Assembly: GCF_009914755.1 (NCBI RefSeq) | Contig: NC_060931.1 | DNA length: 64,000 nt | Strand: one strand, 5' to 3' | Source: the human T2T-CHM13v2.0 reference genome, Homo sapiens | Part shown: positions 54,941 to 64,000 of the stretch, piece by piece | Layout: each line of letters starts with the position of its first letter | How positions within the stretch are numbered: the stretch's first letter is position 1 | Notes under the pieces: generated by a model | Databases searched by the model: none | What the model was told of the DNA's origin: nothing | Seen by the model: only the letters and a program-made list of their open reading frames with translations | Program-made: the position numbers and the translations under genes

Positions 54941-57900
54941 ATCTATAGGTTAGCAGTTCTATCTGTAATTCGGTTTCATTACAAATCAAAGCCCTAGGCA
55001 TCAAACAATGTTATCTGTTCCCATGGATCCACTTATAAGCTATACCTGGATGGCACACAGAATTACTTGTTTACTCCATCAATTTAGTTCTGAAAACACA
55101 CCCTCACATGTTGAACTAGATGACTAAGCTACTCAAATGATACCAAAACACTGATGGTGCTATCCTCTTAGTAACATCTTCTCCTGCCATCATCACACAA
55201 TCATCCCAGGGTGATTATGTGCAACAAACAGGACTTCACCTGGCATCCAAAACAGACTCCTGTCTCTACAATTACTTAATTCCAAAACCTGAATTACGCT
55301 ATTTCTGCTACCTCAGATGACCTTAACCTAGCATTCTGAATGTTGCCCCATGTTCCAGGATTTGTCTTGGCAACTAATTCTTTCCTCCACATGTTTTTAA
55401 CCTCATTTCCTATTTGTGTATCTGCTTCCCCCAGATCCCTGACCTTTATGCGTCTGACCCAAGGCCGGTAATAGGACTCAGAATCCTAAATGCTTCATTT
55501 GCTTAATGACTTGGCTTCCTATTTTGACACTTGGACACCATCTGGACCCTGACAGCAATATTAACCCAGCATGAAAGTCTTTTGAGAATAAAATAGTTTT
55601 AAGAATAGTTGCAAAATATTGGACCAATTTTTTTAGAACTTAAAAAAATTTCAAGACACAAAACACCACATAGGTTGTCAATCCCATTGCTTTCATTTCG
55701 TGTTTGTGTGCGTACAATATATTTCTGATTATAAAACAATTTTAAAGTTTGAAAAATATAGAAGTAGATAAAATACAATCACCTAAAATTCCACCATCAT
55801 TCAGAAATAACTATTGTTAACTTCTAAAATGTAGATGAAGCCTAAATTATAAATATGTCTCATGTATCTATCTATCCACATATACCTTTTTTTTTCAAAA
55901 GTACTATCATATGTCACACAGTGTTGTGACATAATGTATGTTTCACTTCATAATGTATCCAGGAATGATATCCAAAATAATTAGCAAATCATATAGCAGA
56001 GGCTGGCCTTATTGATGCAAAGTTCTGGGGTGCCATGTTTTAACTCCATGGGAGCTACATAATGAGAGGCCCAGAAAGTCTCATAGGAAGGGTCAGCGCA
56101 GACAGGGTGATATGAGACACTGCAGTGGCTCAGAGCAGCTGCTATTTAGAAGCATCTCAACATTTTAACAACTGGTTAGGGTTGTACCAGTGTAAATATT
56201 CTGATTAGCATCCCTGTGCATACCGCATATTAACATATAGTTAGTAATCAAAAACATGGTATTTAATGACTACAAAGTCTGACCTGTAGATATTTTATGT
56301 ATTGCATCTTTATATTGGTCTCTATCACTTTTTCCCTTTGCTAAATCAATATGGTCATTATCCATTAAAAAAACTCTACCATATCTCAATAAAATTTATG
56401 TAAATTCCTCTTGATGAATCATCTAGTCCCTTCCTCAAAATTTCACCATATCATAGCATCTATTACATTATGTTTAAATCATTTCCTGAACCATCTATTT
56501 GTCCTAAAATGTTATATGTTCTGCAAGAACAGGGACTGTGTCTTGGTCATGTTTTGTATTATTGGTATTTGTTGTTCAGTAAGCATTTACTGAAATAGAC
56601 TGTAGTAATATTATTTCTCAAATTCCCTAGATGTCTTATTTATTAGGCTATGTTAATATTTACAACTTCAAAGAGTTTTTTAAAAAATAAAGAGCTTCAT
56701 GAATTACCATATTACTTTCATTTTCCCTCTGCCTATCCTTTTAGGTTAGCCTAATTAAAAATCACTGTGAAGGGGGTTGACCTACTTCTGTATTTGAGAA
56801 TTCTTCAAAGAATTCTATTTAGAATATTCTTCTCAGCATTCCAGTCCAGCTACTTGGATGACAATTGGAATCCCATTTTCTTCACAGAGCTTAATGGTTA
56901 ACAATCATGACAACTTTATGTTGCCCTCTCTATTCTGAACTTGGAATCTTATGAACTAGTGCTTAATACTCATGCATTCGTTCATTCAATAATTCATCAC
57001 ATCTTTATTGAACTCATATTACCTGCCAGATCTGTGGATCAACAGATGAATAAAACATGGTCTCTGCCCTTGAAAAATTCCAAATTAGTTGGAAATGCAG
57101 GCTGTAGACTACAATGTAGTAAGTCTCATAAGATATTCATGGACAGAGTGTAAAAAAGCACTATATTGTCATACTTCTAGACTCTATTTCCTCAATGGTA
57201 AGAATACTTTAACCTACTTTAGAAAAATACTTTTTACCCTACTAGCAAAATAAGTATTCCTAAGACTCTACTTATTTGGATTCATTGAAGACAAGGTAAA
57301 AAATCAAAATAAGAAAAAAGCTAAAATTTTCCAAACACCACTTCTTGTCAGTATCATAGAGTACCTGTGTGATACTGGAGAGAAGACAAGGAAAATCTCT
57401 GGAGCATTTCCAGCAGTGTAAAAAATCCTTATAGTCACTGAAATATTTTCATATTGTGTTACAAAGAGAAGATGCTTGGTAATTTATATTTACATTACCA
57501 GACTCACAAAAATGAATGCTAGAGAGCCTAAGTCTTTCAAAATCAAACCTGGGGAAATAGTTACAGACAATTATGCCATTGTGTATAAATATATTTATCC
57601 TGTAAGAAGTATTTAAATATACTTACCTAGCATATCCTGCACCTGAATCATTTAATTTTAATATGCCCCTCCTCTATAAAATATTATTTTTCAGAAATAA
57701 TCATGAAATTAAATGAATAATGATAATGAACAAAATAAATTCAGAAAAGGCAAATTTTCTTTTTCTCAAACTTCATCATATAATCATCCTTGTAGTGAAT
57801 AATTAACAATTAATAGCATTGAAGAAAAAAGTAATGATTAATCTTTTTAATTAGATTTAAGCATTTTTTTGGAAAGAAACAATGGCCTGTTACACTAATG

Positions 57901-58469
57901 AGTCACTACATTAAAATGTTATAGCAATTAAATAAAAAACAAGTAGAATAACAATCCTAAAATAATACATTTCCATTTTCAAAATATTCAATTCAGTAAT
58001 GTGTTTCACATTTAAACTAAAATTTGCATTTAGTAAACAAAAAAATCCAAAAATACTACACCTAGCAGTTCAGTTTCACTATTTTAAATTTAAAATACAA
58101 ATAAAAACTCCAAGTGATCATATACAACTGAAAGAACTCAAGTGTATCTTGTCTTTTATTTCTAATCAACTATTTACGTAATGTCTCACTTATTAAAATT
58201 TCACCAAAACTGAAGCTAATGTTTAGACCTTAGACTATCAGAATGTTTTTTCCAGGAGAAATATTTCATCACTGACATTGTTTAGAATTGCTGGCACATG
58301 GTGGTAATAAAAAGCAGGCTGTAAAAGTCAGTTTTATTATTGTTTTTAAATCCTCTAACGACAATACATCCCTTTATTTGCCTTCTCTGGGGTGACTGCT
58401 TCGACTGCAGTGCCCTTGGCATGGCACTTACCAGATCATTTATCTCTGTACTGTCAATTCTACAAATAA

Positions 58470-58700
58470 TGTTTTTCCTGATTACATTTATGTGCTGGAC
58501 ACTGCGCTAGGTACTCTTAAACACTGTCTCCTTTGAGACTTGTCACAATCCTACAATGCAAGTGTCCTTTCTTACTCTCATTTCATGAATGAAAAAACAA
58601 TTTAGGGACTTTGAGTAACTTGGCTCAGGTCATATGAGTAAATAACAGAGACAGGAGTCAAACTCAGGTATGATTAAAAAGCCCGTAACCACCCAATCCT
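58470..58700 (-). mobile_element. MIR remnant
   Basis: tatgtgctggacactgcgctagg...gagtaacttggctcaggtcata...ggagtcaaactcagg. Confidence 0.6.
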
Positions 58701-60403
58701 ACATTCCTTATTCATGCAACAAATATGAACTCAGTGTCTTCTGCAAGCTTGTAACAGAGCAGTGCATAAGAAACAATCCCTATCAGCCAAGGGCTCGAAG
58801 ATGAGTTAATCACTCTACTTTTCCTAGAGGTGGCCACTCTCCTATTTCTATCATCATAGATTACTTTTACCTACTCAGAAACTTCATCTAAATGTCATCC
58901 TAGAATATGTACTCATGTGTGCCTCCACTTTTTTTCCTATTCTCTCCTTCTGGAACTCCTCTGAATCAGGTATTGGAAATTTCAAATTGATTCTCCAATT
59001 GTTACATTTTTTATTTTTATTTTTCTTGTTTGTTCTACATCCTGGGTTAATTTCATCAGTCATGACTTCCAGTACTCACATTTGTAGAATTCCTTTTTAT
59101 TCTATCTGCAACAATTTATTCACGTCTTCTTTTCTTTCAGTGTTTTGCAATGTTTCAATGTGAGCTCACCATCAACAGTTGCTCCTCTTTGTGTCCTAGG
59201 ACGAGGAACATCCCTAAAGGATATTATTATATATTATTGTATTTGCCTCTCTGGGGGGCCCCTCATCTTTTGCCAGACCAGACCAATTTTTACTGTCTTG
59301 TTTAAAGGGTCTCTGCACCTTGTGTGGAGTCTGAATTTGGATTCCACACCCATGCATGGTACAAGTTTGAGGTCTAAATTCCTCTGGGTTGCCTTTTCAC
59401 CCATGATCTCAGGTGGATGGTCAGAAAGCTTTATTGTTGTTTCCCCAGGCAACTTCATAGGAGTAACCCTTCATGATTACTGGTTTATTACAAGATGGTT
59501 AGCGTTAGCTCCCTGCAAGCATAGTACCTGAGGCTTGTGATATCTTTACACAGTCAGAACCCAACAATTAAAGCCCATAAACTCTCAAGTTCTTTCAGCT
59601 TAAGCTCTTATTCTCTACACCAACTTTGAGTTTGCTCTTATTTCTGCTACCTGGAGATTTCATTCTCTGTTTTAAGTGTTATCCTTACATTTCATCCAGA
59701 ATTTCTATTTGTTTTGAGGGAATGGTTTTGTGATGGCTTTGTATCCAGTAACCCACCATCTATCTCAGTATTGTCCCTCTACCATCCACTGAACGCATAG
59801 AGAGAAGTCCCCTTGGCAAAACCTCCTTAACTATCCTCCCATTAGACACTTGCCTTCTTCCTCTCTCTCCTCTTTTACTCCAGATTCTCCACCACCAACA
59901 CCCAGCAGCCAGCCCAGGAAATTAGAACTTTCATAAAGAGGTTTCTTTAGTAGATATTAGGGGAGAGGGGAAAGGCTGAAAACATCCACAGGTGTGTAGA
60001 CGGAAGACTACCATCATATTGATGCTGCTTATAACCAATCCAGTGAGTGACTCGATGACTTTCAAAGATGTAAAAGTAGGTTTACGTCATGACAGCATTT
60101 TACTCTTCTTTCTTTCCACATCACAGGGATGATGCACACTGCCTGGTGCAAAGTTTAAAAAATTTCACTTCAAAGTTTTAATAGGTTTCAAGATGGTAAT
60201 TTTCTTTGTAAGATAGGGAAGTGTTAGAACCTTAAGACTTCAAGCAAGGGTTCCTCGAGAAACATGCTATGTGAGGGATTTAAATTTCCCCTTGTCTTAG
60301 ACTCTGGTAAACAGTCATATTCTGTATCTACTTTTCAATCTTATCCCTAAATTTTAATTCCTTCTATTTTTATTTACCTAGTAGCCTTAACTGCAGTAGT
60401 CTT

Positions 60404-60701
60404 TTTTTTTTTTTTTTTAAGACAAGAGTCTGGCTTTGTTGTCCAGGCTGTAGCGCAGTGGTGCGATCTCGGCTCACTGCAAGCTCCGCCCTCCCAGGTT
60501 CACGCCATTCTCCTGCCTCAGCCTCCAGAGTAGCTGGGACTATAGGTACCCACCACCATGCCCAGATAATTTTTTGTACTTTTAGTAGAGACGGGGTTTC
60601 ACCGTGTTAGCCAGGATGGTCTCGATCTCCTGACCTTGTGATCTGCCCGCCTTGGCCTCCCAAAGTGCCAGGATTACAGGCATGAGCCACTGTGCCCAGC
60701 C
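60404..60701 (-). mobile_element. AluY
   Basis: gcaagctccgcc, gttcacgccattc and ttagccaggatggtctcgatctcc diagnostics. TSD actgcagtagtctt at 60390-60403 and 60703-60716. Confidence 0.95.
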
Positions 60702-60914
60702 GACTGCAGTAGTCTTACACAGCCTTCCTGGCTTGATTTCTCCCTTGAATTTAGTATGACAGTGGCAGAATCACACCTGTAGGTGAGATAATACTAGAGT
60801 TCTGGTGATGTCCAGCCTTAAGAGAAGCAGGGGCACAAGGTGGAACTAACAGCAGCAAAAAGGAATATCTGCAATAAGAGTAACTTAGGAGGACACATGT
60901 GATATTAATAATCA

Positions 60915-61105
60915 TGGTAATAGCAGCTGACATTTATTGAATCATAACATTCATATGGCATTAATATAAGTGTTTTGCATAGAAAATACTTCAACCCACA
61001 CTCCTATGATTCTGCTACTGTTTCTATTTCCCATTGACAGATCAGGAAACAAAGGCACAGAGTGTTAAAATTACTTTCTCAAGTTTATACAACTAGCGTT
61101 AGAGA
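60915..61105 (-). mobile_element. MIR remnant
   Basis: aatagcagctgacatttattga...cccattgacagatcaggaaacaaaggcacagagtgttaa. Confidence 0.6.
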
Positions 61106-63849
61106 AACTGACAAAGAAAGAGGGGAAAGGCAAGGGAAAAAGTAGAGCTTCTCTGGGGGCTCTCACCAGCAGGAGTTTGTGGGCCATGTATTTACTGTCC
61201 TGTACTTCTGTAAGGTTGCCAGTCTCTGTGTCTTTTCATTCCCAATTTCAAATCATAAGAAAATGCATCTGATAGGTCCAGCTTTGGTGAATCCCTGATA
61301 AATTAATGAGTTTTGATACAGACATGGTCAATCCATATGAGGGGCACTCCCTGGAAATGCAGTATTGGTTTTAAGTAGGCAGCCACTCAAAAATGGTATC
61401 TACTGTATGACCTAATTATGTAAGAAGTTATCACAAGCCTATGCAAACATAATTGTTGCAGCTCAGCTGATACATGTTCCAACAATAAGAGTTACATTAT
61501 TTAACTAAAATATACAGTGTGTAAGTTTTATTTTTGGTTTCTGTGGAGTGTGTATTTATACTGACTGAATTGGGAATGATTTATTATCTCATTTCCCTTA
61601 ATATGGAACACTCCCTGAGGAAGCTCAGTTTACACTGAAATGATGTACTTCTATTCATGATAGCATACCATTTTAGCTACTCTGAAAGAGCCACCTGGCA
61701 AAAACAACTAAAAGTGCTAGATTTAAAAAAATACACTGATGAACTAGTAGGAAATTAAGGAATTTTCAGAACGAATATAAAAGGGGAAAAAGAAGGAAAA
61801 TGAAAATATCCTGAGAAATAAGTGCAAGCCAAAGTAGGCTTTTGTTCAGAGACTATCTGTCAAGTTCTGGACACCTAGAGCTCTTACTTTAATAGCTGTG
61901 CAGCATGCCAGGGTCAGAAGATAAACCCAAGTATCAGTTTAAAAGGAAGAGTCTTACAGCAGACAAAAATCTGGGGCCCCAATGGACTATACTCTCCATG
62001 TAAGGGTAAATGACATATAAGCCTCATGCACAGAATAGGCCAGTAATGAAACATGTCTGTCTTGGCCTTGGAGCCCAGTAAAGAAAGAAAAAAAAATTCT
62101 CCTCTGAGAATCTGTAACAATCCATTTGGGATAGAGGCCCAAATTCAATCTATCTGTGCAATACAATAAACCTCAAGGGGACAATTTAATCTGGTCCTAG
62201 GGGTTTATGATGTCTCCAAACAAACTGACAAGCAAATTCTAATGCTCTCCATGAAAACTCAATTTCAACTCCAGCTCAAAGAATCCTTATGCTTGTAATC
62301 CCAGAAACAGGAATTCAGAGTCCAAAATCGCAACCCAACAGGAAAAAGCCACCATGAGTAAAAGTGCCCATTTCTGAAGAAATAGCACTAAAAGGCCCAT
62401 AAATGTTTCAATATTAGGTTTAACAGAAACAAGATACAGACTAAATAATTTGTATAAGAAATTATAAGATGTCTTGAAAAGAGAACCGAATAGAACTTCC
62501 AAACCTGAAAAATTATGAAAATTCTAAAATAAAACATATAAAAGAAAGATTAAGATAAATAAGAGAATAAAGAGAGAAAGTCTTAATGGAAAAAATGAGA
62601 AATAAGCAATACTGAAAAGACAAACGCTGAGAATTTTCTAGAATTGTTGCAGGGCACCAATCCTGAAATTCAGGAATCCCCTCAAATCCTAAGCATAATT
62701 TTAAAATTTTAAGGAAAGAAAAGGGAATAAGGAAGGAATTCAGACTTAGATCACTACAAAACTGCAAAAAGATGTCAAAGAGATGTTAAAAGCAGCCAGA
62801 AGAAGGAAGGATGGGAAACGAAGAAAGGAGGAAAAAAAGAAGGGAGAAAAAGATCGAAAGTACTTGATTTTCGATGGAAGTAATGAAAAACTTAACTAGA
62901 AACTATAAAATTCTAATTCTTATTAGGATCGAAGTAAGGTTCCGTTGAGATTCATCATGATTCATCATTCACGACAGGAAAGTTTCCTGCTTAAGAGCAG
63001 TGAAAACCTTGAGTACAAGAGTATGTAATGGAGAAGGAAAGCAAGAAACACACACACACAGTTTCAACTGCAATTTGAAAAACAGAAAATGAACAATAAA
63101 TTATGAACTAATGACAATTTCCCCAGAAAATCGAAAAGTTAAGAAGAGTGGAAAATAACAATATCTAGCATTTATTGAGTGCAAGAGTTTTTAATAAAAA
63201 ACAATTTAAAAAGAAACTGAGTAGGGACGTACTAAATATATCACAGGAAAACATTTGCTGGGAGAGGTCGAAAAGTAGAAACTAAAGAACGCCGAAGACA
63301 ACCAACCTCGAATATGGACTATTTACTCAACATAAAGTTACTGCTATTAACAGCCTATTAGAAATCAAGGCTGCATCCGTAATTCATGGCTGCTCACTGT
63401 GATGATGAAGATTATTATTATTATTATTTGCGGATGCAGATTGTATGTATAGATCAATTACATTAGAATGACGATTAGATGGACCGCAAACTAGAATATA
63501 TAAGTGGCTACTGACACTATTTGTGCATCTTTTAATCTGGGAAATGTATATTCACTCCATAGTCTCAGTATAAACTATTTTAAAATTACACGTAAGCCAA
63601 CCAGGTGTCTCTTTTATATTTTAGAGTGAATAATGAGGATAAATTCCAGTAGAGAGTTCTATTTTAAGCAATCCAAATTCCCCGAACTTTGCTGATTATT
63701 CTAGTGTTTAGAACCTTTGCTATTTGCCTGGCACTTCTTGAAACCCATAACTCACAAACGCCGGGGCATGGAATCACATCAAAGAACAGGTGAAAAGTTG
63801 TTCCTAGTTGTGTTATGCAGGTGCATACAACTCCCGCCATTCTCTGTGC

Positions 63850-64000
63850 AAAAATCAACAAATAAACAGAGGCACCGCATTTCGGATTCTGTTACGCACT
63901 GTTTGCAATGGCGCCCGGTATTCGTAGTTTCTGCGAGGGGAGCCGCCAGCGCGCCAACCCTCGCTGAGGAGGAAGAAAACTACATTTCCCACAGAGGCAC
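63850..64000. promoter_or_regulatory. Edge of a CpG-island promoter with ACTACA/ZNF143(SBS)-type motifs
   Basis: GC and CpG content rise sharply. ACTACATTTCCCA at 63979-63991, an opposite-strand GAAACTACGAATACC at 63931-63917, and a YY1-like AATGGCG at 63907-63913. Confidence 0.75.

Noticed and set aside
58425-58470. Strong minus-strand splice donor CTG|GTAAGT with a possible 28-nt microexon
   Set aside because: The acceptor has a poor pyrimidine tract, and such motifs occur by chance without transcript evidence.

Overview
This is AT-rich primate (human-like) non-coding DNA dominated by transposable elements. I found no credible cellular protein-coding exon, and the recognisable ORF-track hits are transposon or ERV remnants. 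From left to right: the 5' part of a minus-strand HERV-H provirus (pol, pro, gag, His PBS, LTR7), a near full-length Tigger2, a 3'-truncated THE1A, MER53, a 5S rRNA retro-fragment, MLT1, a full-length L1PA5/6-type element, an old L1M with two AluY inserts, AluS, a hAT (Zaphod-like) remnant with three AluJ, further MLT1/MER21/ERVL/L2/Tigger3/MER20/MIR pieces, AluY, and at the right edge the start of a CpG-rich promoter with ACTACA/ZNF143-type motifs. I see no new gene system. The unexplained signals are rearrangement scars: (1) a recent multi-template insertion at the THE1A breakpoint (143 bp direct copy plus 55 bp inverted copy of DNA about 2 kb downstream, between 15-bp direct repeats); (2) a ~180-bp inverted duplication bracketing the L1; (3) a ~185-bp 3' transduction on that L1; (4) a 75-bp MER41 R-region retrocopy with a 17-bp TSD; and (5) a cluster of AP-1 sites at 37-43 kb. 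Repeat subfamily names come from recalled consensus sequences and need RepeatMasker/Dfam confirmation.
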